In this document: one piece after another, positions 1-12,500 of the stretch
Layout of the letters: each line of letters starts with the position of its first letter
Position numbering within the stretch: position 1 is the stretch's first letter
NCBI RefSeq assembly: GCF_902713615.1
Contig: NC_052148.1
Location: 250,429,212 to 250,493,211, forward strand
Source of the DNA: Scyliorhinus canicula
Lineage: Eukaryota
DNA length: 64,000 nt
Direction: 5' to 3'
Made by a program: the position numbers and the translations under genes
Notes under the pieces: model-generated
Told to the model about the DNA's origin: nothing
Database searches by the model: none
What the model saw: the letters and a program-made list of their open reading frames with translations, nothing else

Positions 1-274
1 AGCGATCTAACCTAATGTGTCACATTAACAGCATTGACATTCTGTTGCTGCGACACTGGAGCTCTCCCCATATGTTGTTCGTCTGTGCTTGAACAATGTG
101 CTCAAGGCTGTTTTTATTTAACATGTGTCATGCATTTCTGAGCAGGTGCCCAGTAAATCAGTGCAAAGTCGACAAATGAGCTTCAGTTTGAGTCATCGGT
201 TGGGCAACTGACGTAGCTATTCTGTCCCCCACAATCAAGTCTCTTATCTGTGGTCAGGCTTTACTAAAGGGGTC

Positions 275-430
275 AGAGTCATTACGGCACAGATGACAAT
301 TCAGCACATCAAGTCCCTGCCAGCTCTCTATAGTGCAATCTAGTCAGTTCCATTCCCCTGCTCTATCCCCATAGCCCTGTAAGTTTAGCTCTTTCAAATG
401 CTCATCCAATTTCCTTATGAAATCATTGGT
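275..430 (-). mobile_element. CR1/HER1-type LINE 3' end fragment
   Basis: Similar to the other CR1-like 3' ends in the window (e.g. 57630-57880). Confidence 0.6.
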
Positions 431-1210
431 CCTCGATAATCACGTCCCGTTCCCCCCATGAAGAACGCGCGCCCGGGTGCGCGAGCCAGGCCGACTGGGC
501 CCCCGCATAGCGGGAGCAAAGGAAGAGGAGCGACCCGGACCCCGAGGTGGAGGGGGGGCCGGAGACCTGGGCGCTCGGGAACGGAGCGAGCAGCAGGAGA
601 GGCATGTGGGGAGAGCACACACACCCCCGCCCCGGGGAGAAGGAGAGGAGGCCGCAGGGAGCCGAGCCGGAGGGAGGAAAGGTACGCGGGAGGAGCCGGG
701 GGCCGGAGATCAGGAAGCGACCGGAGAGAGTCGCGCCCCTCCTAAAATTTAGGAAAAAAGGGAAAAAAAAACAAAAGAGAAGAAAGACTTAGAAAAAAGA
801 AAACTGTTAAAGGGACAGAACTCTCCCTCTACTTCCATGCTTCTCAAAATAGAAAACCAAACATACCTGAAAAGAGTTTCCTCAGAAGGGAGGGGGGAGA
901 GAAAAAGAGGGGAAGGGGGGGAATAAGGGGGAAAGAGGGGGGAAAAAGTGCCAGAAGGGAGCCAAAGCAGAGGGAGAAAGGGCACCAAGAGCAAACGGGG
1001 CAATACACGAGCCCACTCAGACGAGCTAATTGGCACACGAAGCGGTGGAATGGAATCCTCGCCGCAATTAAAAGAACTGGGCAGACAGGAGGTTTTTCCC
1101 CCCTGGCCAGAGGGAACTGGAAGGTAGCCTTTGCCGAGGCGCTGAGGGAATACCAGCAAGAAAGTAAGGCAGGGACCAAAGCGGACATAGATGCCGCAGC
1201 ACAGACAGCA

Positions 1211-1927
1211 ATGGCCAGGGCCCTGGCAGAGGTGGAGCTGGCCCTGGGCAGAGCAGAGAAGAAACTGGAAGCCCAGGAGGAGAAGTCGGAAACCCAAAAG
1301 GTGACCATTAAGGAGCTGGAAAGGGCGGCGACTGACATGAGCGACCGGATCACAGCCCTGGAGAAGGAGGTGACAAGACTGGGCACAACGCAGGGGAGCC
1401 TGAAGGGCAGAGTGGACGATCAGGAAAACCGCTCGAGAAGGCAAAATGTCAGGATAGTGGGCCTACCAGAGGGGATCGAGGGTAGAAACCCCACGGCCTA
1501 TGTGGCCAAGATGCTGGGCAACTTAGTGGGGAGGGAAACATTTCCCAACCCACTAGAAATGGGCAGAGCGCACCAATCGCTGCGCCCGAAACCCAGGGCG
1601 GGGGAACACCCGAGGGCAGTTATAGCCAAACTGCACCGGTACAAAGATAGGGAACCAATCCTGCACTGGGCCAGGAAAAACTGAACCTGCAGATGGGAAG
1701 GGCACCTCATTAGAATGTACAAAGACATTGGGGCAGACCTTGCCAGGAGACGGGCCGAAATCAATAGAGCAAAAGCAGCCCTTCACAGGAACAAGGTGCA
1801 ATTTGGTATGCTGTACCCAGCGAAACTCTGGGTGACATACCAAGAAAGAGAGTACTTCTTCACAACCCCCGCTGACGCAAACAAATTCATCGAAGAATAT
1901 GGGCTGGAAAACCAACAGCGAGGGTAG
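1211..1927 (+). pseudogene. L1 ORF1p remnant (true start probably further upstream)
   Basis: ORFs 1211-1684 and 1715-1927 are in the same frame, split by TGA at 1682-1684 (plausibly CGA>TGA). L1 ORF1 motifs and a C-terminal LYPAKL motif are present. Confidence 0.88.
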
Positions 1928-2251
1928 AAACACGGGGCCCCTGGTAAGGGGCAACAACGTGCCGATGGGGAGGGGGGGGGGTGAGGCAATGCCAGGCAGA
2001 AAAGGAACAGCAATAGGGCTACAGAGTTCCGGAACAAGGAATCGCCTCTGGGTGAAGGGAAACCACAAAGTGAAGGGGGCTACCCGCGTGGCGACCGCAC
2101 AGCGGGCGACTATGGCGGGGGGCCCCTGGACGGAGGGAAGCCCCGGAGCGCAGAGGCCCGACCACATGGAGAGAGCAGTGACAGCGACCATCCAGGATGG
2201 CCCCCGAACAAGGGGGAACCCGGAGGGCAGGGGTGCATCCACCAGGTGAAT

Positions 2252-5200
2252 ATGGTTAATAAAACAGGAGCGAGGGGACGGAAGCCCCCCACCAGGATAG
2301 TCACCTGGAACGTAAGGGGACTCAACGGCCCAGTGAAAAGATCCAGAGTCTTCAACCACCTAAGAAACATGAAGGCAGACATAATCTTCCTTCAAGAAAC
2401 GCACCTGAGAGAGCAGGACCGACTGCGGGTAAGAAAGGGCTGGGTGGGACAGACCTACCATTCCTGTTACGGGATGAGGGCCGGGGGGTGGCAATGCTGG
2501 TCAGCAAATGGACGATATTTAGGGCGCCAAAGACGGTTGCGGACCCAGGGGGACAGTACGTCATGGTTAGCGGGACCTTGGATGGGGCACCGGTAGTACT
2601 AGTTAACGTGTACGCACCCGACTGGGATGATCCGAGCTTCATCAAGAGGACCATGGCAGAAATCCCTGACATAGCGACGCACCGGCTAATCATGGGGTGG
2701 GGGGGACTTCAACTGTGTACAGGATCCAACGACTGACAGATCAAACACCAAGATGGGGAAAACCGCAAACATGGCAAGGGAACTCGGTCACTTTATGGAA
2801 CAGATGGGAGCGGTGGACCCCTGGAGGTTCACCCACCTAGGGGAGAAGGAGTTTTCCTTCTTCTCCCCAGTACACAACGTATACACCAGAATTGACTTCT
2901 TTGTGGTGGTGCTTCCGGGGATAGACAAAGTGGAATAATCTGCAATTGTGATATCAGACCACGCTCCACACTACATAGACGTGAGGTTGGAAACGGGCAG
3001 GGACCAGCGCCCCACATGGAGGTTGGACGTCGCCCTACTAGCTGACAAGGCCTTCAATGAAAAGATATCGCGGGCCATAGTAGAATACACAGAGAACAAT
3101 CAGAACGGGGAGGTCTCGCCCTCCACGTTCTGGGAAGTGCTAAAGGCCATACTAAGAGGGGAAATCATCGCTTTCAAAGCGCGAAGAGATAGGGAGGAAA
3201 AGGCGGCTCGGCAGCAGCTGATTGACTGCATACTGGAGGTAGACCTAAATACTCCGAGGCCCCAACCGTAGAGCTCCTGGCGGAGAGGAAAGAGTTGCAA
3301 AGGAACTTCGATCTGCTCTCCACCAGGAAAGCAGTGCACCAACTCCACCAAGCATATGGGACCCTGTACGAACACGGAGACAAAGCCAGCCGCCTGCTGG
3401 CACACCAGCTGAGAAAGCAGGCAGCCACCAGAGAAATTGCACAGAACAGGGATACTAGAGGAGCATTACAAACAGAGCCAGAAAAGATCAACAAGGCATT
3501 CAGGGCCTTTTACCAAGGGCTGTACATCTCAGAGCCCCCAACGGGGAAAGCCAGGATGAAACGGTTCCTTGATGGACTGGACATACCAGTCGTGGGAGAG
3601 GGCAGAAAATGGGACCTGGAAGCACCACTAGCACTGGGAGAGATCATGGACAGCATAAGCTCCATGCAGGCGGGGTAGGCACCGGGACCAGACGGATTCC
3701 CGGCGGACTTCTACAAAACATTTGCGACAGCACTGGCCCCGCTCCTGCGGGAGATGTTCACAGACTCGCTAGCTAGGGGCACACTGCCACCTACGTTAGC
3801 ACAGGCCTCAAGCTCGCTGATATCTAAGGAAGAGAAAGACCCAACGGAATGTGGGTCATACAGACCCATCTCACTGCTGAACGTAGATGCCAAAATACTG
3901 GCCAAGGTTCTAGCCAAAAGGCTAGAAGACTGCGTGCCAGAGGTGGTCGCAGAAGACAATACGGGCTTTGTCAAAGGTAGACAGTTTACCTCCAACATCA
4001 GGCGCCTGCTGAACATGATAATGACCCCCTCCGGGGAGAGAACACCAGAGGTGATCGTCTCCTAGGCGCAGAGAAGACCTTCGACAGAGTCGAATGGAAA
4101 TACCTCAGAGGTACTGGAGCGGTTCGGGCTTGGAACAGGATTCACCTCCTGGGTAAAACTCCTATACAACGCTCCCATGGCAAGCATACGGACAAACAAC
4201 ACCAACTCCCGATACTTCCAGCTGCACAGGGGCACCAGACAAGGATGCCCACTGTCCTCGCTGCTGTTCGCTCTAGCAATCGAGCCACTAGCAATCGCGC
4301 TCAGAGCGGCAAAAAGCTGGAGGGAGATCCGAAGGGGCAACAGAGAGCACAGAGTCTCACTCTATGCAGATGACCTGCTCCTTTACATCTCGGACCCACA
4401 AAGCAGCATGGACAGAATCATGAAAGAGTTTGGAGCCTTCTCGGGCTACGAACTCAACATGAGCAAAAGCGAGATTTTTCCCGGTACACACACAAGTAGG
4501 GGAGGCAGCACTAAAGGGACTGCTGTTTAAACAAGCCTGACTCAAATTCCGACCAAATAGCCCACGACTGGAAAGGGATCCACAAATGGAACTTCACCAG
4601 TCCGACAGAGGAAGTAAAAAAGGACCTGCAAAGATGGAACGCACTCCCACTATTGCAGGGAGAGTACAGACGATCAAAATGAATGTCCTGCACAGGTACC
4701 TCTTCCTATTCAGAGCCATCCCGACCTACATCCCCAAGGCCTGTTTCCAAGCAGTAGACAAACTAATCATGGCGTTCGTATTGGGGGGGGCCTCCCAAAC
4801 CTACAATTCTACAACTGGGTGGCGACGGCTAAGCGAGTAAGGGGATGGATCAAGGAGCCAGAAGCCGAGTGGGTGCACGCAGATGAGGCCTCCTGTAAGG
4901 GGACCTCCCTCCGGGCCCTCACCATGGCGGCACTCCCATCACCACCCAGAAAACACTCCATCAGCCCGGTGGTGATAGCCACCCTCCAGTCCTGGAACCA
5001 GCTAGGGCAGCAATTTGGCCTGACCAAAATGACAGACAAAGCTCCCATCTGTAACAGCCATTGGTTCCCACCAGCACTGACTGATGCCACCTTCAAAAGG
5101 TGGAGCAGGACGAGGGGACACTGACAGTTAGGGACCAGACACTGACGGCAGGGTTGCAACACTGGACGAACTGATGGAGAAATTCCAGCTGACCAGGGGG

Positions 5201-5980
5201 AACGAGCTAAGGTACCTACAGCTCAGAAACTTCCTGCGAAAGGATACAAAGACTTAGCACAACCGCCACGGCAGACATTACTGGAAGAGTTACTGGACGC
5301 AAGCATATTAGAGAGAGGAAACTAGCGACATGTACAACCGACTGATAGAAAGGGCCGACACCATACTGGACGCAACAAGAAGGAAATGGGAGGAGGACTT
5401 GGGGATCGAGATAGGATGGGTTCTCTGAAGCGAAGCACTGCATAGGGTCAACTCCACCTCCACCTGCGCAAGGCTCAGCCTGACACAACTAAAAGTGGTA
5501 GATAGAGCCCACTTAACAAGAACCCGTATGAGTAGGTTCTTCCCGGAGGTGGAAGACAGATGTGAACGGTGCCAAGGAGGCCCGGCCAACCACGCCCACA
5601 TGTTCTGGTCCTGCCCCAGACTTGTGGAGTACTGGACTTCCTTCTTCAAGGCAATGTCCAAAGTGGTGGGGGTGAAGGTGGAGCCATGCCCGATAGTGGC
5701 GGTCTTCGGGGTTTCAGCCCGGTCAGATCTATTCCTGGGGAGGAAGGCAGGCACCCTTGCCTTTGTCTCTCTGATCGCCCGATGTAGAATCCTGTTTGGC
5801 TGGCGGTCAGCAGCACCACCCAAAGCTGCAGACTGGCTGTCCGACCTCTCAGAATCTCTCCAAATGGAGAAAATCAAATTCACCCTCCGAGGGTCAGACG
5901 ACGGCTTCCACAGAACGTGGGAGCCATTCACCCAATTGTTCCGCAACTTGTTTGTGGCCAACAAACAAGGAGAAGAATAG
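2252..5980 (+). pseudogene. L1 ORF2p remnant (endonuclease, reverse transcriptase, zinc knuckle)
   Basis: TWNVRGLN, FLQETH, SDHAP (APE); YRPISLLNVDAKILAK, RGTRQGCPLS, YADD (RT); CERCQGGPANHAHMFWSC. Broken across frames. Confidence 0.92.
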
Positions 5981-6944
5981 CCAGGTAGCTATTCCTGAAG
6001 GTCCTGCCTTCTCAACCTCACCCCTCGCCTGAGGTGTGATGATCCTCAGGTTAAATCGCCACCTCTCTCAAAATGGGAGAGCAGCCTATGGTCCTCTGCG
6101 ACTATGGAAACATAATTAATTTCATACTTGAAAGTTGAACCCTGTCTGCTGATTTGGACTATCCATGTGCTGCAAACAAAAATTTTGAAAAGAACTCAAA
6201 ATTGCGCTGTTGTCTCCAGAAGAACAGATAAGTTGTCCAGCGACCTGTCTAAACTACCTCAGCGCTGAAAGCAACAGGAACGATAAGTAAAAGCAGCAGC
6301 ACCACAGAGTTTGGCCTAAAGCTAGCCAAGTCACCAACCTGCAAGAGCCATATACTCTTTACTTTTACTGCACTCTAAATTACTTAATCTGTCCTCCCCA
6401 TTCTGTAATCAATTTATATGTGTGTGAACTTCAAGCCTGTTTGTGTGCGAGTGTGTTTTTAAAAATTTATTATTTTTCTCAACCAGATAAGCACAATAAA
6501 GCGATCTTCTATTTTTAAAAATTCAAGGAAACCAGTCGGGTCACGTCTTTTATGGTAATAGCATGTAAACAGTTAAACAGTCACGGCAAGTATATACATT
6601 TTATTAAAAACCTGTTGCTGTCAAACGAGAAGAGGATAAAGGGGGAGCCATTTGACCCCCTCCTCACCTCATCATAACATTTGAAAATTACTCTCTCAAT
6701 ATGCCTTGCCATCTGCACATTGTTAAGACGCCCTCAGCAAGTTTGCAGTCAATTCCAGCCTCACAGGCCCCGAAGACCCAAACACAACTGAATGAACCAA
6801 TAATTTGCATAAAGTTTCTGAGATCTTTGACCCTTGACTGCCCCAATAGCTTACAGGCACCAGATTTGTAAGTAAAACAGTAACGGCTTATTTATGACGA
6901 GAGGTAAGACATGCAATAATTATGCTAGAATAACGGCCAGCTCA

Positions 6945-7245
6945 TAACAGCACAGTAGCGCACATTGGTTAGCACTGTGGCTTCACAGCACCAGCGTCCC
7001 GAGTTCAATTCCCGCTTGGGTCACTGTCTGCATGGAGTCTGCATGTTCTCCCTGTGTCTGCGTGGGTTTCCTCCGGGTGCTCCGGTTTCCTCCTACAAGT
7101 CCCGAAAGATGTGCTTGTTAGGTCTATTGGATATTCTGAATTCTCCCTCTGTGTACCCGAACAGGCGCCGGAGTGTGGCGACTATGGGATTTTCACAGTA
7201 ACTTCATTGCAGTGTTCATGTAAGCCTACAATAATAAGTATTATT
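6945..7245 (+). mobile_element. tRNA-derived V-SINE (HE1-like head and core, alternative tail)
   Basis: Box A/B-like head, V-core GTCTGCGTGGGTTTCCTCCGGGTGCTCCGGTTTCCTCC, tail CCGAACAGGCGCCGG...TTCACAGTAACTTCATTG. Confidence 0.85.
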
Positions 7246-8439
7246 TATTTATTCCAACCTTTTACTTCCTCACCCTCTGCCCAAACAGGCACAAAGCAGA
7301 CACACAAGGGGAAGGGGAAGATGTAAAAAGATAGGGATTAAAATGAAAAAAAAGAGACACGAGTGTCCTTGCCGCTGATATTGAAATCATTGTGGCGTTA
7401 TTTTCCCAGGACGTGGAGTGTTGAAACCATCAGTTAGATTGCAAAATGGTTCCTCTGGCTAGAACATTCAGGCAGGACTTTCAGGCTGTAGGATCCCCCC
7501 TGGGGAATCACTTTAACTTGTGTTAACCTGGTCCTTGACACGGTAGGTCCACCTCAGATCTCTTTAATTTGGACCTGCCCACACCTGCACCAGATTAACT
7601 ATCAGCCTCACTGTGATAAGACTAGAGTTCTCCACATGAGAGTTTTAAAAGGGTTTTTTTAACAACCCACCCTGTCTGCAGTTGGTGCTGGATTGCATTT
7701 TTCTGCAAGTCCAACAGGCTATGCAGGGCCTTTTCTTCAGGTCTTTAGTGAAAGATAAGAGTGTTGGCCCTTGGCCCTCTGCCTCCTTGATCCAAACTAA
7801 AACTGAAAGCAACACACGTCTTACAAAGTGCAGAACATGCTGGAATGATTACCACCAATCAGCATCGAGGGTCTTAATTAGTGTTTATCCAGCCAGTCAT
7901 GAAATCTATTGAATGAGGTAAATAGAGTGTCATGTCATGTCTAAACATCATGACTTGCTGATGATCAGAATGAACTGAATTAAATCCATATTATTATCAA
8001 CCGCAGGAGTGCTCTTTTGCTGCAACATTTCGGAATAAATGTGACAATTGCAGGATTTTAGATATATTGGTTTGTAAACATTTGGCAATTTAAGGGTTAA
8101 AATCTTGGGTTTGAGCGTGTTTGACTGCAGTAGTCATGTTTTAAGAAGAATCTTGTTTTGCAAGACCAGAAGGTTTATATGAATCAGAGGTGAAATTGAC
8201 CAGAGTAAAAGCCTGGGCTAATGCACTGTTGTTTGACACGGGGTGGGGGGGAGGAGAGTCTCGGGGGGGGGGGGGGGGGGGGGGGGGTAATGTATTTGCA
8301 GCTTGGGGGAGATGATGTCATTGCTGAGTGGAGCTAAGGCATTCAGACATTTTTAGAAAGCTTTGAATTTGAGTTCATAACAGAAAGGTACTACATATAT
8401 AGCATGTCACAAAGCCTCTTAAGTTGACGTCCTTGGCCT

Positions 8440-8995
8440 GCTGTAACGTTCCAGTGAAACCCAACACAAACTGGAGGAACCCCTCATCTACTGATTAGGC
8501 ACATTACAGCCTTCGGGTTTAATATTGAGTTCAACAACTTCAGACTGTGAACTCCCTCGTCCACCTTCCCCCCATTTTTATTTCTATCAATTCATTTTCA
8601 TTTCTTCCATCAATCTGTTTTTCCCCCCACTATTGTCTCCCCTCCCCCCCCCCCCACCCCACTAGGGCCATCTGTTCCTCTCCCAACTTGTCCTTTGACA
8701 CACTGCTTACCCCTGTTTAGCCATTGACACATTTTTATCTCTTAATGTGCTACTGTCAGCACCCTTCTTAACCATGACCACCATCATTTATATTTCCTTT
8801 GACATTTTGTCCACGACTTCTTTGTCAATCTCCACCTATCGCTGGCCCTCTACCAGAACCCCACCCCCTCCGCACAACAGTAACCTCATCCTATTTTCAG
8901 TTCTCTCTAGCTTTGACTCTAAACATTAGCTCCTTTCGCTCTCCACAGATGCTGTCAGACTTTCGGAGATCATTCAGCATTTTCTGTTTTCGTTG
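8440..8995 (+). mobile_element. Penelope-like element 3' fragment
   Basis: Translates to LEEPLIY*LGTLQPSGFNIEFNNFR (end of a PLE GIY-YIG domain), followed by a pyrimidine-rich UTR and the CAGATGCTG...CAGCATTTTCTGTTTT pLTR motif. Confidence 0.75.
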
Positions 8996-10316
8996 GCCAT
9001 TTTATATACTGTATATCAATTGATTGCATTGCATGTTTTGTTTTTAATTGAGCCTGTAAAATAAAATTAGAATAACAATTAAGAAAATAGTAATTTACTC
9101 AATCACTGAGGAATTTCTCACTGGTTTCTCTCTTCAAGATCTTCAATACAAAATATTTTCTTCACAGTGAAAGGGACCTCTTTTTTTCCTTGAAAGGTTT
9201 CCTCGTGAGACAAGTCCAAGTGTGATACATTGTTTGGAATGTTTAATTGCAATATCACAGTGATAATCATATTAAACACTACTATAGCTAGTCTCCTATA
9301 ACAACTGAATCAGTAGCTAATACGTGAATTAAAAAAGATACTGAGGGGTGTTTTTATCTTCCCAATTTTCTACCAACTATAGAACCCAGATAATTTTCAA
9401 TTTGGAATCAATGAATCAGAAATCAGGCAGGTTAATAGTACAATGGGGAAGTGATCCACTCCACGAGATTACCACTCAGGCAGTAGACATGAAAATTTAC
9501 CCCATAGTCATCCTTGTGTACATAAACACAAATGTGTCTGTGTCAAGTTCCCTTGTTAGCTGAGTTAGGTACAAGCTTCTTATGAAGATATAGTTTACAA
9601 CGAGTGCTTTTAAATGAGTCTGTCGGAATTCTGTCACCGAGTTCATTGTAATATATTGGGGCAATCTTAAATTTTTCCAATCATGAAAAATATATTGTAG
9701 CAAACACTGCCATTGGCGAGTGGAGTCAATAAACGCATTTCGGAAGATCAAGCTGTATCAGATCCTTTTCTTTAGGTTCCTGGTAGATATCTTTATTTTA
9801 TCACCTTAATTCAGTTTAGATAAAAATCGATTAACTTGATGCCGCCACTTCTTCACTGATATTGTGGCAGAAATCTTCAGAATATCAGTTAGAAAATTAT
9901 ATTAAATAGTACAATCATGCTTTCTTCTCAAGTTATCATGTCATATTTTTAGGTTCCACCTAGATTTCATCTCAGCTTTGGTCCTAGTTTAAGTTATCCA
10001 ATCATCTATAACATCACGATTGACATTTCACACGAGTGAGGGGTGGGTATGTGATTGGACGATTTTTACATTCTCTGTCCAGCCAAAGCCAGGTGGAACC
10101 AAATTTATGCTCAAGTGGATCATTTTCCTGCTCGTGACAGTCATAAGTACACTGGTGGATGCCTCATTAATATGTGATAGTTAGGGACCAATAACGCAGA
10201 AAGGAGCTGGGGAAAGGAGACACAATTTAGTGGCCACAGTAACCCCCATGCTCAACCAGACTACTGAAACTTGTCTAACAATGAAGGGCCCAAAAGGTCA
10301 GCAAAAAATGCATTTT

Positions 10317-10356
<40 letters not shown>

Positions 10357-10929
10357 CTGGAAGATGTAGGCGCTGCTCCTTCCCACGCGGAAAGCATGGG
10401 CTTCTGCCACCCCAGATCCCCTGTGACCTACCTGCTGTATCCAGTCGAAGCCCCCACCACCAGGGCAGCTTCCAAGTACCGCCTGGTTTTTACTGACAAT
10501 ATTCGAACAGCTGTGCTGTGCCCCATTTCTTTGGGAACCCAGCTGGTCAGCGGGATGTTACTAAGGCCTGGCCCTTAACGTTACCTTGGCCTTCCATGGA
10601 AACTCCGGATGGGACCTGTGACTATTCTCCACAACTTTCCACCCACAGGCCAAAATGCATAGAGAAAAAAGCCACTTTATTCATGTGAATTATATGATTT
10701 ATTGCACTGTTAATGGTAAATGTGCAAAATCAGATCTGAAAATAATCCAGGAGGCCATTTTATCAAACTTGAACTGTTTATTTTAGCGACAGAGTTCGAA
10801 ACACAGCAGAATATTTTGCATCACAAAAAGATCTTTCAAAATCATAGGTCCCAAGGCTGATAATTTTGTCCTCATCATTGCCTAGAAACAGGGATGATGC
10901 CTGCCAGGTTTCATGATTTGTGTGTTCTC

Positions 10930-11280
10930 GGGGAAGGCGGTGGTGTAGTGGTATTGTCATGAGACTAGTAATTCAAAGACCTGGTTCAAATCCAAGCACA
11001 GCAATAAAAACTCGAATGGTAACCATGAAACCATTGTCAATTGTTGTAAAACATCCATTTGGTTCACTATTGACCTTCAGGGAAGAAAATCTACCATCCT
11101 TACCTGGTCTGGCCTACATCCTTCCCTGGTCCTGACTCCAGACCCACAGCAATATGGTTGACTGTTAAATGCCCTCTGAAATGGCCCAGCAAGCAACTCA
11201 GTTCAAGGGCAATCAGGGATTGGCAATAAATGCTGGTTTAGCCAGCGGTGCACAAATCCCATTAGTGAATTTACAAAAAA
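10930..11280 (+). mobile_element. tRNA-derived SINE with LINE-derived tail
   Basis: Pol III-like head. Tail GGGCAAT(C)AGGGATTGGCAATAAATGCTGG is shared in reverse with LINE 3' ends at 21480-21560 and 34050-34400. Confidence 0.7.
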
Positions 11281-11579
11281 GGTGACTCAGCCATCTGTGT
11301 TAGTGTTTGGGGTGGGTGGGGTGAGTGCTGGTGTTCCTTATGAAGGAACCTCTGAGCAATATTCTGCAGACTCTAGGCCATGAGATGGGAGCTTAGACAC
11401 AAGGAAAGAATGACAAGGATTACCAAAGCAGGTTTGGCAATGATTGACAACATCAAGCTACCATTCTGCCTGAGTGTCTGACTGCCTGAGAAATAAGAAA
11501 TAGTCCAAGTAACAGGTGAGTATCGCCACCCGCTCCACCCTCCCTGAGGATCCTTTGTCTTCTTACTGCAAAGATGCAA

Positions 11580-11760
11580 TGGTCTGTTTAGCACACTGGG
11601 CTAAATTGCTGGCTTTGAAAGCAGACCAAGGCAGGCCAGCAGCACGGTTTGATTCCCATAACAGCCTCCCCGAACAAGCGCCGGAATGTGGCGACTCGGG
11701 GCTTTTCACAGTAACTTCATTGAAGCCTATTCGTGACAATAAGCAATTTTCATTTCATTT
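11580..11760 (+). mobile_element. Short tRNA-derived SINE (other copies at 31180-31350 and 50884-51045)
   Basis: tRNA-like head joined directly to the same tail as the 6945 SINE. Three copies in the window. Confidence 0.75.
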
Positions 11761-12249
11761 TGTCCTCCATCTGGTTGTGTGACTGAGGGACTTGTCCACT
11801 TCCACCAGAACACCCCCACCTCGTTATGAGCAAGTTTCTCCTGCAGAAAGACAGAGAGTGGGTTAGTGTTGGCCAAGGCTGTGCAGATGTGTGAGGCAGC
11901 TTCAAATGTATCATCTGATGATAAAGAAGCTGCGAGCAAGATGGTGAGCTCATGATGTGCATGGAAGCAATTCCAAAGTGCAATATGAAAGCAGTCACCA
12001 GAGGAATGATGTTATTAGAAGTTCTTACCAAGGAAAAATAAAATGTTTGCAGCACCTGTCATGGGGGAAGCAGCAACAGTTAAGTGCAACTGAAATGAGA
12101 CGGAGTATGCATGGTGACCTCTTATGACTGGTGGAGAAGCTTGGGACGTAGGGGCAAAGAAATGCTGGACTGCCTGGAAAAAGCGGAGGAACAAGGGAAA
12201 TGATGCAGCTAAGGTCTATTATACAGATGTAAGGAGAGGAAAACATCAA

Positions 12250-12500
12250 TCTGATCTTTGATTCTCAGATCAGGTCATTGAAACTTTTGTCGCACGTCTT
12301 GGGGTGAATCCTGCAGATTTGACATTGTCTGCCAGCTCTCTCCAGGCTTCCTGAAGTGCCAGCTTTGGATATCCTCTTGCTATCGAGAAGAGGAAAGGGC
12401 CCTCATCTGCCTCACAAACAGCCCCAGCGCCATTGAGGTGTTCATGCCTATGACATGACGTTCTGCAGTGCCCTCCCTCAAGCAGCACAGATTCACACAG
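12250..12500 (-). pseudogene. PIF/Harbinger Myb/SANT-like protein remnant
   Basis: LQEAWRELADNVKSAGFTPR followed in a shifted frame by KSFNDL, resembling the AWxxxAxxVN...R...KKFNDL pattern of Harbinger/NAIF1-type Myb domains. Confidence 0.5.

Larger units (their letters stand above)
431..5990 (+). mobile_element. Near-full-length decayed L1-clade LINE
   Basis: CpG-rich 5' region, ORF1 (coiled coil plus ENRSRRQNVRIVGLPEG), ~320-bp spacer, ORF2 with APE, RT and CCHC motifs. Multiple stops and frameshifts. No 3' UTR, poly-A or TSD seen. Confidence 0.93.

Noticed and set aside
749-2359. Long minus-strand ORFs (231, 180 and 268 aa)
   Set aside because: Antisense shadows of purine-rich L1 sequence.
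6945-7025. tRNA genes at SINE heads
   Set aside because: Box A/B are present, but there is no complete cloverleaf and each head continues into a SINE core or tail.
6120-8400. Large LTR-like segments (also 29210-30140, 31440-32180, 48169-50481)
   Set aside because: TGTTA/TAACA-like ends and LTR-like composition, but no matching TSDs or second copies to fix the boundaries.
9700-10885. Possible minus-strand coding exons (ISVKKWRHQVNRFLSKLN*, NDEDKIISLGTYDFERSF...)
   Set aside because: No recognisable homology and no phase-consistent exon chain could be built. Could be UTR or lncRNA but is unsupported.
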